NCBI GenBank assembly: GCA_016213645.1
Contig: JACQZY010000028.1
Coordinates: 9,457-73,456, forward strand
Direction of reading: 5' to 3'
DNA length: 64,000 bases
Source of the DNA: Actinomycetota bacterium
GTDB taxonomy: Bacteria > Actinomycetota > Thermoleophilia > Solirubrobacterales > JACPNS01
Position 1 is the first letter of the stretch, and each line of letters starts with the position of its first letter. Of the stretch, positions 1 to 13,922 are shown one piece after another. The notes under the pieces were generated by a model. The model did not search any database. It saw nothing but the letters and a program-made list of their open reading frames with translations, and was not told the origin of the DNA. The position numbers and the translations under genes were made by a program.

Positions 1-20
1 CTGCATCGACGCGCGAAGCC

Positions 21-653
21 GTGAACGGCGAGGACGCGCGGCGACTGAATTCCGACGCGCTCGACGGCATCGACCGCGCGTTCGATGCGCTCGACGCGCG
101 ATACAAATCTGGCGATCACAATGCCGCATGGCCGCAAATCGAGCTACCGCTCTCGGAGGCCGCCGACGTGTACCTATGGGGCGTGATGGTCCGCGCGGCC
201 GATGCAGTTCGCTTGGAGGTGGATAAGGATTCGAACGGGATCACTAACGCGATCGCCACGGCCAGCGACGTCAATGTGTGGCTGAGAGACTTTCGCCAGG
301 AGCGCGACTGGGAAGACACCTACGGGGGCGGCGACGTGACGCTCGACGTACCGCCGGAATGCGCCGCGCGTCTCATCGCTTTCTTCCGTTCACATGTTGA
401 GTACGACGGCAGCGATTCGTCACCGGGTTCGCTTGCGAGTGGACTGGTGGAACAGCTGACGGGCGGCACGACGATCACCGCGCCCGTTCGATACCTCGCA
501 GCCCAACTGACGACCGTGATCGGATATGAGTGCGATGAGTGGAGAGAGGAAGGCGGAGGGCGAGACTACGGTCGATTCATGGACCTTTGCGACCGTATGA
601 AAGCTCTCCGCACGATGCTCGCGCAGATTGACGGATCGGAGGCGGTCGCATAA
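21..653 (+). CDS. hypothetical protein, integrative-element associated
   Basis: 210-aa ORF. The frame stays open back to the window edge, so the true start may lie upstream. Its stop overlaps the integrase start (TAATG at 651-655). No family recognised by eye. Confidence 0.5.
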   Translation: MNGEDARRLNSDALDGIDRAFDALDARYKSGDHNAAWPQIELPLSEAADVYLWGVMVRAADAVRLEVDKDSNGITNAIATASDVNVWLRDFRQERDWEDTYGGGDVTLDVPPECAARLIAFFRSHVEYDGSDSSPGSLASGLVEQLTGGTTITAPVRYLAAQLTTVIGYECDEWREEGGGRDYGRFMDLCDRMKALRTMLAQIDGSEAVA

Positions 654-1936
654 TGGCCGCGCCAATGGTCAAAACAGGAGGCCGCAAACCGACCGGCCAG
701 GTTGTCGAAATCGACGGCAAGCGTGGCCGTACGTTCGCAATCCGATTTCGCTCCTACGGCAAGCGTCACTACTTCACCCTCGGCACGGTTGCCGAAGGGT
801 GGAGCCGTGACCGCGCTCAAGCGGAGCTAGACAACGTACTCGCCGACATTCGGCGCGGTATCTGGCGCGAGCCCGACCCGGCGTCGGACCTACAACCGCG
901 TATGCCGATGTTCGGGGACTACGCCGATGCATGGCTTGCGATGCGCGCTCCGGAACTACGAGAAAGCACGATCGAACGCAATCGCTATTCGCTTGTGCAC
1001 CTTCGTCCGACGTTCGGCGATATGCCGCTCGACGCGATCACGGTCGCCGACGTAAACGCATATCGCACGGCCAAGCTTCGCGAAGGGAAACTAGGGGCCG
1101 ACTCAATTAACAAGACGTTGAAGCTGCTGGCGCAAGTCCTCGACTATGCAGTCGAAGACGACGAACTGATCGAACGAAATGTCGCGAAAGGGAAGCGTCG
1201 GCGTCTAAAGGTGGATCGACCGCGCCGTACGTGGCTTGACACCGCCGACCAGGTCGTCGCGCTGATCGACGCGGCGAGCGATTTAAACCGGCGCGTTCGT
1301 CCCGGCCGGGATCGCGCGATGATCGCAACACTGGTATTTAGCGGACTTCGGATCGGCGAACTACTCGACCTTCGACGTGGAGACGTTGATCTTGCATCGG
1401 GGCGAATTCGCGTGAGGTCATCGAAGACCGATGCTGGTGAGCGCGACGTAAATCTACTGCCGGTGTTGCGCGATGAACTCTCCGCGTATCTGGCACGGAC
1501 CGACCTTGCGCCGGATGCATACCTGTTCGGCACTCGCACGGGCGCGCGCGAGAGTGAATCTAACGTCCGGAGTCGTGTTGTCGCCGAATCAGTTAAGGGC
1601 GCGAACGCAATTCTGGCCGCCGACAATCGTGCGCAGATAAACGATCGGATCACGCCTCATTCGCTGCGCCGGACCTTCGCTTCGATCTTGGTGTCGATCG
1701 GAGAGGATCCTGTCTACGTGATGGGGCAACTGGGGCACTCGGACCCGGCGTTCACCCTCCGCGTCTACGCGCAACTAATGAATGATCGCAGCGGCGAGCG
1801 TGACCGCATACGTGCGGTCGTCAATGGCGAGGAATGGGCAGAAATGGGCAGAAATGGCGATTCAGGCCGGTCGGCGGGCGAGGGCAGGTCCGCCGAGAAA
1901 TCCCGCAATCCCGCACTGGAAAAGGCCTGGCGGGAA

Positions 1937-1948
<12 letters not shown>
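653..1948 (+). CDS. tyrosine-type site-specific recombinase / phage integrase
   Basis: 431 aa. The C-terminal catalytic domain carries Arg (GLRIGELLDL), HxxR (HSLRRTFAS) and the Tyr nucleophile context (LRVYAQL). The N-terminal part resembles a SAM-like core-binding region. The 3' end overlaps the tRNA. Confidence 0.9.
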
Positions 1949-2009
<61 letters not shown>

Positions 2010-2070
2010 TTGACTGGTGTGTCGGGTCGCCGCGGACGGGCGAAAAACCGGCCCGCGCGCGACTGCCGAA

Positions 2071-3621
2071 TCAGCCTACCAGCGACTGTATTCCGCCATC
2101 TTCGTCGGATGACGAATCGGCGGATGAGGCTTCGCCGGCGCTGCGAGTACGCCGCCGGCGCTTGGGTGATCCGTCGCGGATCGGCTCCGGGGCGGTCTCG
2201 GTGCTACTGCGGATCGCTATTACCTCGTCGATTGAAGCGAAGAAAACGTCGAGGATGGTGGGGTCGAAATGCGTGCCGTGGCCTTCGGTGAGAATCTCGA
2301 AGGCGGTGTCAAGCGGCATCGCGGGGCGGTATACGCGATCGCTCGTGAGCGCGTCGAAAACGTCGGCAATCGCGGCGATGCGGCCCTCTACCGGGATCTC
2401 TTCGCCGGCCAGGCCGTTGGGGTACCCGGAGCCATTCCACTTCTCGTGATGTGTGAGGGCGATGCGGGCGGCCAGATCCAGCAGGGGACTGTCGGAACCG
2501 GCGAGAATTCGGTGTCCGATCTCGGCATGCTCCTCCATCGCCGAGCGCTCCTCGGCCGAAAGCGCGCCCGGCTTTTGAAGAATGCTGTCGGGAATCGCGA
2601 TCTTGCCTACGTCATGCAGCGGGCTTGCGATCCGGAGCAGGTCGCGGTCGGCATTGCCCCAGCCCATCTTTTCGGCCAGCAGGGCGCAGTAGCGGCCCAT
2701 GCGCTCGATGTGGCTGCCGGTATCGGCGTCGCGACTCTCCACGGCGATCGAGAGACGCAGGATCGTCTCCTCCTGCGAAACGGCAAGCAGCTCCTCGGAG
2801 CGTTCCAGGTCTTCGATTGTGTGGCGCAGGCGCTCCTCGATCTCGGCGCGGCCGCGTAGGTGTTCCTTCAGGTCGCCCGCGTAAACCTGTAGCGCATCGT
2901 TGCGTATCGCCAGTGCGCGCGTGGTGCGGCGCAGGATCGGCAACAGCGCGGCAAAAAGGCCCAGTAGCACGAGCAGCAGTGCGACCGTCAACGGCACGGC
3001 CTGCCTGCGAACCGAGCCGGCGGCGGTCGCGTAGTCGGTATATAGCTCGACGGCCCCGATGGCGCGATTGCTATCTGGATAGCGAACGGGGGAGTAGGAC
3101 TCAAATGATTTGCGGTCCGTACCGCTGCCGCCTTCGTGGTTGACGTTCTTGACGGCGCTTATGGACTTGCCTCCGATCACCTCGCGGAGTTCGTCTGCCT
3201 CTCCAAACGGTTTACCCGTCAGCGTGCCCTGGCTGTCATAAATCGTCAGCCCGTCGGCGTTGTACAGCTTCACGCGTACGACTCCGTCAGTAAGAAGATC
3301 GCGCTTGACGACGGTGTGGAAACGTTTGAGCTCGGGTCCTCTGAGCGTGCTTTCCCAGTCGGAGGTCTTCAGTTCGCCCGGTATCAGCCTCGACGAAATG
3401 AATCGCGTGTGCTCGCTCACCTTCTGCATGCTGTTCTGCTCGACGTTGTGGCGGATCACGAGAACCGCAGCCAGCGATGCGATCAACACGGCGATGGCCG
3501 TGTACACGGCAAAGGTGAAAAGCACACGCGGCGGACGCTGGTCCAGCAGCGCGTCGCCGTCGATTACCGTCCTGTCCCGCCGTGAAGCGGCGAAGTCGCC
3601 TCCCAGCTGTATTCCATGCAT
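2071..3621 (-). CDS. membrane-anchored HD-GYP domain protein (putative c-di-GMP phosphodiesterase / sensor)
   Basis: 516 aa. Two hydrophobic helices flank an extracytoplasmic region of about 170 aa. The C-terminal part has HD (LHDVGK) and the HHEKWNGSGYP signature of HD-GYP domains. Confidence 0.9.
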   Translation of the reverse strand: MHGIQLGGDFAASRRDRTVIDGDALLDQRPPRVLFTFAVYTAIAVLIASLAAVLVIRHNVEQNSMQKVSEHTRFISSRLIPGELKTSDWESTLRGPELKRFHTVVKRDLLTDGVVRVKLYNADGLTIYDSQGTLTGKPFGEADELREVIGGKSISAVKNVNHEGGSGTDRKSFESYSPVRYPDSNRAIGAVELYTDYATAAGSVRRQAVPLTVALLLVLLGLFAALLPILRRTTRALAIRNDALQVYAGDLKEHLRGRAEIEERLRHTIEDLERSEELLAVSQEETILRLSIAVESRDADTGSHIERMGRYCALLAEKMGWGNADRDLLRIASPLHDVGKIAIPDSILQKPGALSAEERSAMEEHAEIGHRILAGSDSPLLDLAARIALTHHEKWNGSGYPNGLAGEEIPVEGRIAAIADVFDALTSDRVYRPAMPLDTAFEILTEGHGTHFDPTILDVFFASIDEVIAIRSSTETAPEPIRDGSPKRRRRTRSAGEASSADSSSDEDGGIQSLVG

Positions 3622-3686
3622 AAAGAGTCCTTCGGGTTCGCGGCGAATCCGCTTTAGCCCGTTGCAGAGATAATTGTCCCAGAACG

Positions 3687-4757
3687 GTGAGCAATCGGCG
3701 GCCTGGCTGCGTCCGGGTACAGTCCACTCCCGTGGATCTCAACGTCGTATTCGCCGGTACCGCCGCTTCCGCACCGACCGCGTCACGCGGCGTCGCGGCT
3801 CTGGTCGTGCGTCGCGGCGGCGACACGCTGTTATTTGACTGCGGTGAAGGCACGCAGCGACAGCTGATCCGGTCGATCGGACTGGCGGATCTGGAACATG
3901 TGTTCATTACGCATTTCCACGCCGATCACATCCTTGGGCTGCCGGGGATGTTTAAGACATTTGCCCTGCGAGGGCGAGATCTGCCGCTGACGGTTTACGG
4001 ACCGCGCGGTTTGGCCGGAATGATGCGGGATCTCGAACCACTCTACGGGCGTCTGCCCTATGAACTGACGATCCGTGAACTAGCCCCGGCGGAGCCCGTC
4101 GCATTCAAGGATTACGAGGTAACACCGTTTTCGGTGGACCACCAAGGCAACTGTTTTGGATATGCGGTCGTGGAAGATGTGCGCCCTGGACGCTTTGACT
4201 TGGACGCGGCGAAGCGCCTGGGCGTTCGCCCGGGGCCGGATTTCAATACGCTTCAGCACGGCGGTAGCGTGACGGCCGCCGATGGCACGACGGTGACGGC
4301 GGATCAAGTATTGGGAGAGGCACGACTGGGCCGCAAAGTCGTCTACAGCGGCGACACCGCGCCTTGCGAGACGCTGAAGATCGCCGCGTATCGCGCGGAT
4401 CTGCTGGTTCACGAATCTAGTTTCGGCGACGAAGAATCTGACCGCGCCGCTGAGACACGCCACAGCACAGCACGCCAGGCCGCGCGGATCGCGCGCGACG
4501 CCGAGGTGATGATGCTTTGCCTAAATCACGTTTCTTCTCGGTACTTTGGGCGTGAACTGCGCGACCAGGCGCGCGAGGTGTTCGAAAACACCGAGATGCC
4601 GCGCGACTTTGACAGCGTGGAGATTCCGTTCCCCGAGCGCGGCGAGCCGCGTTTTGTGAAGTACCGGCGGCCGCAAAACGGGATCGCCGAGGCCGATGGG
4701 CAACCCGCCGGGGGCGACTCGGAGGACACTAATACCGACGCCCAGCCGACCTGTTAG
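3687..4757 (+). CDS. rnz: ribonuclease Z (tRNA 3' endonuclease, metallo-beta-lactamase fold)
   Basis: N-terminus [28 protein letters not shown] and the HFHADH zinc motif. An alternative GTG start at 3732 would remove a non-conserved leader. Confidence 0.85.
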   Translation: MSNRRPGCVRVQSTPVDLNVVFAGTAASAPTASRGVAALVVRRGGDTLLFDCGEGTQRQLIRSIGLADLEHVFITHFHADHILGLPGMFKTFALRGRDLPLTVYGPRGLAGMMRDLEPLYGRLPYELTIRELAPAEPVAFKDYEVTPFSVDHQGNCFGYAVVEDVRPGRFDLDAAKRLGVRPGPDFNTLQHGGSVTAADGTTVTADQVLGEARLGRKVVYSGDTAPCETLKIAAYRADLLVHESSFGDEESDRAAETRHSTARQAARIARDAEVMMLCLNHVSSRYFGRELRDQAREVFENTEMPRDFDSVEIPFPERGEPRFVKYRRPQNGIAEADGQPAGGDSEDTNTDAQPTC

Positions 4758-4769
4758 TCTGCCGTGAAA

Positions 4770-4804
4770 TCTCCTTTAACCCGGCCCGAGAGGCCAGGAA
4801 GGAC
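4770..4804 (+). promoter_or_regulatory. candidate PyrR-binding RNA hairpin overlapping the pyrR ribosome-binding site
   Basis: tctCCTTTAAcccggCCCGAGAGGCCaggAAGGac resembles the PyrR binding-loop consensus (CCUUUAA..CCAGAGAGGC..AAGG). The AGGAAGGA Shine-Dalgarno (4796-4803) forms the 3' arm, 7 nt before the TTG start. Confidence 0.55.
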
Positions 4805-4810
4805 AAGCGC

Positions 4811-5386
4811 TTGGCCTCAGACGCCGCCGAAAAGGTCGTACTCGACCACGATGATCTGCGCCGCACCTTGGTGCGTATCGCGCATGAGATCGTCGAGCGA
4901 AACGGCGATCGGCCGTTCGCCCTGGTGGGCATTCACCGCCGAGGCGCGCCGGTTGCGCACAGGCTGGCGACGCAGATCGCCGATTTCGACGGTCGCGTCG
5001 TGCCGGTCGGCGAGATCGACATCTCTTTTTACCGTGACGACATCGGCCGTCGCCCGGTGGGTGAGCAACCGGTCGTGCACTCGTCGTCGATCGACTTTGA
5101 TATCGACAGCCACGTGATCGTGCTGGTAGACGACGTGCTTTACACCGGGCGCACCGTGCGCGCGGCGATCGACGCCTTATTCGATTACGGCCGCCCGCCG
5201 TCGGTGCAGCTCGCGGTACTTGCCGATCGCGGTCATCGCGAACTGCCGATCCGCCCCGATTTTGTCGGCAAGAATCTGCCCACCAGCGCAGACGAGCGCG
5301 TCAACGTGCGTATGCAAGAACTCGACGGCGTAGACGAAATCGTGCTCGGTAGCACCGATTCGCCGATGCGTGCCGGGGGGTCCTGA
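4811..5386 (+). CDS. pyrR: bifunctional pyrimidine operon regulator / uracil phosphoribosyltransferase PyrR
   Basis: 191 aa with [11 protein letters not shown] and the PRPP-binding [12 protein letters not shown] motif. First gene of the pyr cluster. Confidence 0.95.
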   Translation: MASDAAEKVVLDHDDLRRTLVRIAHEIVERNGDRPFALVGIHRRGAPVAHRLATQIADFDGRVVPVGEIDISFYRDDIGRRPVGEQPVVHSSSIDFDIDSHVIVLVDDVLYTGRTVRAAIDALFDYGRPPSVQLAVLADRGHRELPIRPDFVGKNLPTSADERVNVRMQELDGVDEIVLGSTDSPMRAGGS

Positions 5387-5388
5387 GC

Positions 5389-6351
5389 ATGCGGCACCTA
5401 TTAGGCATTTGCGACCTCTCGCGTGAGCAGATCGAGCGACTGCTCGACCGCGCGGACTCACTGGCGCAGCTCAGCGAGCGCGAAAACAAGAAACTGCCCA
5501 CGCTGACCGGGCGCACGATCGTGAACCTGTTCTTTGAAAACTCCACCCGCACCAGTTCGTCATTTGATCTTGCCGCCAAGCGGTTGAGCGCGGACACCGT
5601 GAACGTGCGCGCGTCTGGATCCAGTGTGGAGAAGGGCGAGTCGCTGCGCGACACAGTTCAGACGCTGTCGGCCTACGGGCCGGCGGCGATCGTCGTGCGA
5701 AGTCCGTTTGTGGGCGCGCCCGGAATGGTGACGCGCTGGACCAGCGCGGCCGTGATCAACGCCGGTGATGGCAAGCACGAGCATCCCACACAGGCGCTGC
5801 TTGACGCATACACCCTGCGCCGCAGGCTTGGCGAACTCGACGGCAAGTCGGTCTGGATCATCGGCGACGTGATGCACAGCCGCGTGGCGCGTTCAAACAT
5901 TCTTGCGCTGACCAAGCTCGGCGCGCGGGTAATCGTGTGCGGTCCTCCCACGCTGATCCCGCGCGAGATCGAGTCGCTGGGCTGCGAGGTGTCTTTCACG
6001 CTCGACGGATCGGAGCGGGCCGATGTGCTCTACGTGCTGCGTATGCAGAACGAGCGCATGCGCGACACCTTCATCCCGTCGCTGCGCGAGTACGCCGCGC
6101 GGTACCAGATTAACGGCGACCGGCTGGGGGCCAAACAGCTATTGATGCACCCGGGCCCGGTCAATCGCGGCATTGAGCTTTCGCCAGACGTGGTCGACGC
6201 GCCGCAGTCGTTGATCACCGAGCAGGTCGCATCCGGTGTGATCGTGCGAATGGCGGTGTTTTACGAACTGCTCGCGGGACGCGGCGAACCGGGGTCGGCG
6301 CGAAAGCGCGCTACCGCCGTGGCGCCCACTCGGGAAGGCGCGCGCGGATGA
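5389..6351 (+). CDS. pyrB: aspartate carbamoyltransferase catalytic subunit
   Basis: FFENSTRT, HEHPTQALLD and HPGPVNRG motifs. Starts 2 nt after the pyrR stop. Confidence 0.95.
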   Translation: MRHLLGICDLSREQIERLLDRADSLAQLSERENKKLPTLTGRTIVNLFFENSTRTSSSFDLAAKRLSADTVNVRASGSSVEKGESLRDTVQTLSAYGPAAIVVRSPFVGAPGMVTRWTSAAVINAGDGKHEHPTQALLDAYTLRRRLGELDGKSVWIIGDVMHSRVARSNILALTKLGARVIVCGPPTLIPREIESLGCEVSFTLDGSERADVLYVLRMQNERMRDTFIPSLREYAARYQINGDRLGAKQLLMHPGPVNRGIELSPDVVDAPQSLITEQVASGVIVRMAVFYELLAGRGEPGSARKRATAVAPTREGARG

Positions 6352-7757
6352 ATGAGAAACCAAAGCTGCGGTTGGCCGAACCCGTCGCGCCGACGCCTCC
6401 GGTCGGCACCTCGGCCGCCGAAGGATTGAGCTTTCGCGGCGGCCGGCCGGCCGATCTGCTGATTCGTGGAGCGCATGTGCTTGATCCGCGCGCCGACGTG
6501 GACGCGGTGCTCGACGTGCTTGTGCGTAGCGGCGAGATCGCCGAGATCGCGGCATCGATCCAACCGCCGGACGGCGCCGAGATCGTGGAAGCGTCCGGAA
6601 AACACCTTTTCCCGGGTTTTGTGGACCCTCATGTGCATCTGCGCACGCCCGGTTTTGAATACAAGGAAGACATCGAGAGCGGCACGCGCGCGGCCGCGGC
6701 CGGTGGATTCTGTTTGATCGTCGCGATGGCCAACACAAACCCGCCGGTTGACAACTCCGGCGTGCTGCAATCGCTGCGAATGCGAGCGGCGGTCGAGGCG
6801 CACGTGCCGGTCGGTTTCTCGGCCAACGTCACGAAGGGAATGGCGGGCGCCGAACTCACCGAGATGGCGGATCTCGCCGAGGCCGGCGCTGTTTGCTTCA
6901 CGGACGACGGCCTGCCGATCGCCGACGCGGGGATCATGCGCCAGGCGCTTCAATACCAGCGCCTCGCCGGTCGCGTGATCGCGCTGCATCAGGAAGATCC
7001 GGCGTTGACCAAAGGCGGTGTGATGCACGAGGGCGCGGTTTCCGCCGCGCTCGGTCTGGCCGGCGTGCCCCCTGTCTCAGAGAGCACGATGATCGCGCGC
7101 GACGCGCTGTTGGCTCATTACGAGGACGCGCGCATTCACGTGCAGCATCTTTCCAGCTCGCAGTCCGTGGAGGCCGTCGCTGCGGCAAAACAGCGTGGCG
7201 TGAAGATCAGCGCGGAAGCCTCGCCGCACCACCTTTCGCTGACCGATGCGGCCGTTGGCGACGGAACCAACGCCAACTTCAAAATGAACCCGCCACTGCG
7301 CACCGAGCCCGACCGCCAGGCTCTGATCGAAGGACTACGTGACGGCACGATCGACTGCATTGCCACCGACCACGCACCGCACGCCGCTCACGAGAAAGAG
7401 GTCCCATTTGAGCAAGCGGCAATGGGCGTGACCGGTCTTGAGACCTCTTTTTCGATCGTTTACAGCGATCTTGTGGTTCCGGGAGTGTTGCCGCTGGCGC
7501 TGGTGATCGAACGCATGACCGCCGGAGCCGCGCCACTGGATCTGCCGACGCCGCTGGTTGCGGTCGGCGAACCGGCGAATCTGGCGCTGGTCGATCTTGA
7601 GGCCAGGTGGACCGTGGGCGAAGAAGGCTATGAAAGCCGCTCTGCCAACTGCTGCTTCGCCGGACGCGAGGTCGGCGGCCGCGTACAGCTGACGGTCGCA
7701 TCCGGCGTGCTTGTTTACCGCGCGCGTAGCTTCGCGATTCAGGAGGTTGGGGCATGA
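6348..7757 (+). CDS. pyrC: dihydroorotase
   Basis: DPHVHLRTPG and ATDHAPH metal-ligand motifs. ATGA overlap with pyrB. The N-terminal 30 or so aa are non-conserved, so the start is uncertain. Confidence 0.9.
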   Translation: MNEKPKLRLAEPVAPTPPVGTSAAEGLSFRGGRPADLLIRGAHVLDPRADVDAVLDVLVRSGEIAEIAASIQPPDGAEIVEASGKHLFPGFVDPHVHLRTPGFEYKEDIESGTRAAAAGGFCLIVAMANTNPPVDNSGVLQSLRMRAAVEAHVPVGFSANVTKGMAGAELTEMADLAEAGAVCFTDDGLPIADAGIMRQALQYQRLAGRVIALHQEDPALTKGGVMHEGAVSAALGLAGVPPVSESTMIARDALLAHYEDARIHVQHLSSSQSVEAVAAAKQRGVKISAEASPHHLSLTDAAVGDGTNANFKMNPPLRTEPDRQALIEGLRDGTIDCIATDHAPHAAHEKEVPFEQAAMGVTGLETSFSIVYSDLVVPGVLPLALVIERMTAGAAPLDLPTPLVAVGEPANLALVDLEARWTVGEEGYESRSANCCFAGREVGGRVQLTVASGVLVYRARSFAIQEVGA

Positions 7758-8887
7758 GCGCCGCGCGTGAGCCCGCATACCTGCTGCTGGAAGACGGTAC
7801 GCGCTTCGACGGCCTGGCCGCCGGTGCGCCCGGGCCTGTAACCGGCGAAGTTGTGTTCAACACGGCGATGACCGGCTATCAGGAGGCACTCACCGACCCC
7901 AGCTACCGCGGTCAGATCATCACCTACACCTACCCGATGGTCGGTAACTACGGCGTGGCCGAGGCGTTTATGGAGTCCGAGCAGCCGCATGCGCGCGCGG
8001 TCGTAATGCGCGAGGTGGCACCTTCCGGCTCGCCCACGGCTCAGGGTGACTGGGAGGCCTGGCTGGCCGAGCAAGGCGTGCCCGGGATCACCGGGGTGGA
8101 CACGCGCGCGCTGGTGCGCCACATTCGCGACAAGGGCGCGATGCGCGGAGGCATTTTCGGCGGCGACGTGCCTCAGCCCGAGGCACGCGAGCGCGTGGAA
8201 GCCGAGCCGTCGATGAGTGGGCAGGATTTGGCCCGTGAAGTAACGCCACAATCGCCGGTGGTATTTGACGAGGGCGACGGCCCGCTTGTAGTGGCGATCG
8301 ACACTGGGATCAAGCGCTCGATTATCGACAACCTGCGAGCGCGCGGCGTCCGGTTGGAGTTACATCCCTGCGGCACGCCCGCCACCGATCTGCTGGCGCG
8401 TGACCCGGACTTTTTCTTTTTGGCAAATGGTCCAGGCGATCCGGCGGCGCTGGATTACGTGGTCGCGAACGTGCGCGAACTAATCGGCAAGAAGCCGGTC
8501 TTCGGCATCTGTCTGGGCCATCAGCTGCTCTGCCGCGCGATCGGCCTTGACACCTACAAGCTTCCGTTCGGGCACCGCGGCGCAAATCATCCCGTGAAGG
8601 ATCTGGCCACCGGCAAAATCGACATCACTGCCCAGAACCACGGCTTCGCCGTGCAGACGCCCGACGGCAGCGGCCGGATCACCGGCGACGAGCCGGTGCG
8701 CTGGCAGACGGATTTCGGCGCGGCCGAGCTTTCGCATGTGAACCTCTACGACTACACGGTCGAGGGTTTGGTGTTGCGCGACGTGCCGGGCGCCACGGTG
8801 CAGTACCACCCAGAGGCCGGTCCCGGACCGCACGACGCGCTCTACCTCTTTGACCGCTTCCTCGATCTCGCCGAAAGGAGCGCCTGA
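7754..8887 (+). CDS. carA: carbamoyl-phosphate synthase small (glutaminase) subunit
   Basis: GICLGHQLL catalytic Cys and YHPE His of a class I amidotransferase. 4-nt overlap with pyrC. Confidence 0.95.
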   Translation: MSAAREPAYLLLEDGTRFDGLAAGAPGPVTGEVVFNTAMTGYQEALTDPSYRGQIITYTYPMVGNYGVAEAFMESEQPHARAVVMREVAPSGSPTAQGDWEAWLAEQGVPGITGVDTRALVRHIRDKGAMRGGIFGGDVPQPEARERVEAEPSMSGQDLAREVTPQSPVVFDEGDGPLVVAIDTGIKRSIIDNLRARGVRLELHPCGTPATDLLARDPDFFFLANGPGDPAALDYVVANVRELIGKKPVFGICLGHQLLCRAIGLDTYKLPFGHRGANHPVKDLATGKIDITAQNHGFAVQTPDGSGRITGDEPVRWQTDFGAAELSHVNLYDYTVEGLVLRDVPGATVQYHPEAGPGPHDALYLFDRFLDLAERSA

Positions 8888-8891
8888 CGCG

Positions 8892-12031
<3,140 letters not shown>

Positions 12032-12035
<4 letters not shown>

Positions 12036-12862
12036 CGCAGGCCTGTGTGACCGCCCCATTTGGCCGCCGTTCGGCGCCGGTGCGGTCGATTGAGCGCAGT
12101 GGTCCTTATACGTTTTTGCGCGCGCTCGACGCCGCGGGTCCAAAGCCGCGGGCCGGCCAGTTCTACATGCTGCAGACAGCGCGAGGCTGGGGTGGAGGCG
12201 ATGACGGCCGCCCGTACCTGCCCAGAGCGCTCTCGTTCGCGCGTGTGGAGCAGGTCAACGGTGGACTGGAGCTGACGTACTTCTTGGAGAGTGTCGGTCC
12301 CGGCACGGCGCGGCTTGCGGCCTGCGCTACGGGCGAGGAACTGCTGATCGCAGGCCCGTTCGGCAATGGATTCGATCTCGACAGGACTCGGCCGCCGGTT
12401 CTTGTGGCGGGCGGAGTGGGCCTGGCCCCGATCGTTGCGCTCGACGACAAAATTCGCAAGACGGACGGCGCGCGCTCGACCGTGCTGGTCGGCATGCGGG
12501 ACGGCGAACGGGCGGCGGCAATCACGAAGTTCGGCGTTGAGTGCGGTATCGCCACGGAAGACGGTTCCGCGGGTCATGCCGGGTACGTCACCGCGCTGCT
12601 TGAGCGCGAGCTTGAAGACGGGCACGATTCGACCGTCTACGCCTGTGGCCCGCCCGCGATGCTGGAGGCCGTGCGTGCCCTCTGCTCCGAGCGCGAGGTG
12701 CCGTGCCAGCTTGCGCTGGAATCCGGAATGGCGTGTGGTTACGGGGCTTGCTACGGCTGTGTCGTACCGACGGTGGACGGCTACGCGCGGCTTTGTGTGG
12801 ACGGTCCGGTCTTGCCCGGAGACAAACTGGAGACGGCGATCGTGAAGGGCGCCGGGCACTGA
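12032..12862 (+). CDS. pyrK: dihydroorotate dehydrogenase (class 1B) electron-transfer subunit
   Basis: Ferredoxin-reductase-like fold with a C-terminal 2Fe-2S cluster motif, [10 protein letters not shown]...C. 4-nt overlap with carB. Confidence 0.9.
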
Positions 12863-13752
12863 TGTACGGCGGTCCGGTGAAGATTTTCGGCGCGGAACTG
12901 GCGCATCCGGTGGTCAACGGTTCCGGCACATTCGACGCGCTGGCCGCACGGCGGGTGTTCGGCGAGCAACTCGACGCGCGATTCCCATTTGCCGCCTACG
13001 TTTCCAAAACGATCACACTGGAGCCGCGGCCGGGTAATCCGCCGCCGCGTCTGTGGGAACTGGGCCAGGGCATGATCAACTCGATCGGCCTGCCGAACAA
13101 GGGGCTGGCGCGATTTATCGAGGAGGACCTTCCTGCCTACGCCATGCTCCCCGCTCCGCTGATCGTCAGCGTGATGGGTTTTTCGGGCGATGAGCTGGCC
13201 GCCGCCGTGGAGGCACTCGGCGAACGGTCCGAGATCCTCGCGTTTGAACTGAACTTCTCTTGTCCGAATGTGGAGACCGGAAACATCGTCGGCTCGTCGC
13301 CCGAAGAGACCGCCGCCATGACCTCTCTGCTTCGCGGACGTACGGAAAAGCCGCTGATCGCCAAGCTCTCGCCTTCATCCGCGCGGCCCGATCAGATCGC
13401 GTTGGCCGCCGAGCAGGCAGGTGCGAACGCCGTTTCGCTAATCAACACGCTGCCCGGAATGGCGGTGGATCCGAGCGGCGGCGGACCGTGGCTGGGTGGC
13501 GGTGGGGGGGGTATGTCGGGTCCGGCGGTTCGGCCGGTGGCGCTGGCGCAGGTGTCGCGCGTGGCCGAGGCGGTCGAGATCCCCGTGATCGGCATGGGCG
13601 GCGTGAGTTGCGGCCGAGACGCGCGTGAGATGCTGGACGCGGGAGCGACGTTGGTGGGTGTGGGGACAGAAAACTTTCGCGATCCGGCGGCCGGAGAACG
13701 AATTCTCGCCGAGCTTCGCGAGTTGAACCAAAGTTCAGTTGAGCGAAAATAG
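12862..13752 (+). CDS. pyrD: dihydroorotate dehydrogenase (class 1B) catalytic subunit
   Basis: N-terminus HPVVNGSGTF, active-site NFSCPNV, IGMGGV. Start taken at ATG 12862 (TGATG overlap with the pyrK stop) rather than the 12703 extension. Confidence 0.9.
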   Translation: MYGGPVKIFGAELAHPVVNGSGTFDALAARRVFGEQLDARFPFAAYVSKTITLEPRPGNPPPRLWELGQGMINSIGLPNKGLARFIEEDLPAYAMLPAPLIVSVMGFSGDELAAAVEALGERSEILAFELNFSCPNVETGNIVGSSPEETAAMTSLLRGRTEKPLIAKLSPSSARPDQIALAAEQAGANAVSLINTLPGMAVDPSGGGPWLGGGGGGMSGPAVRPVALAQVSRVAEAVEIPVIGMGGVSCGRDAREMLDAGATLVGVGTENFRDPAAGERILAELRELNQSSVERK

Positions 13753-13922
13753 ATTCCGCCGATTTCCGACTATTCCGCGACTGAAACGGCCATATATACG
13801 ACCGACCGGCGGAACCACGAGGGCGATGCAACGGTCAATTCGCGTGAACCTCAACCTGAGGTCGAGGCGAATCATGAAATTTCCCCTCACATGCGGGGCA
13901 AAACCTGCCTATCATTCCCGCC

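Noticed and set aside
5389-6351. PyrB carbamoyl-phosphate loop reads STRTS instead of the usual STRTR
   Set aside because: The substituted Arg is not one of the residues I recall as contacting carbamoyl phosphate (Ser, Thr, Arg and Thr of the loop are intact), and all other motifs are present. This is probably lineage variation and was not reported as a finding.
8850-8891. In-frame upstream extensions offered by the ORF track (8850 carB, 12703 pyrD, 18855 infB, 23119 truB, 29452 M16 peptidase, 35329 dapA, 38757 ftsK, 41452 HTH protein, 55985 PPIase, 56882 phoU)
   Set aside because: Each extension overlaps the preceding gene or adds non-conserved Arg-rich sequence. A downstream start reproduces the canonical family N-terminus and often a start/stop overlap, so the shorter models were used.
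13753-13922. Small hairpins (cctca-acc-tgagg, cccc-N7-gggg) upstream of mihF considered as a riboswitch or sRNA
   Set aside because: The stems are short and isolated, with no recognisable riboswitch core and no flanking promoter or terminator signals. The evidence is insufficient.
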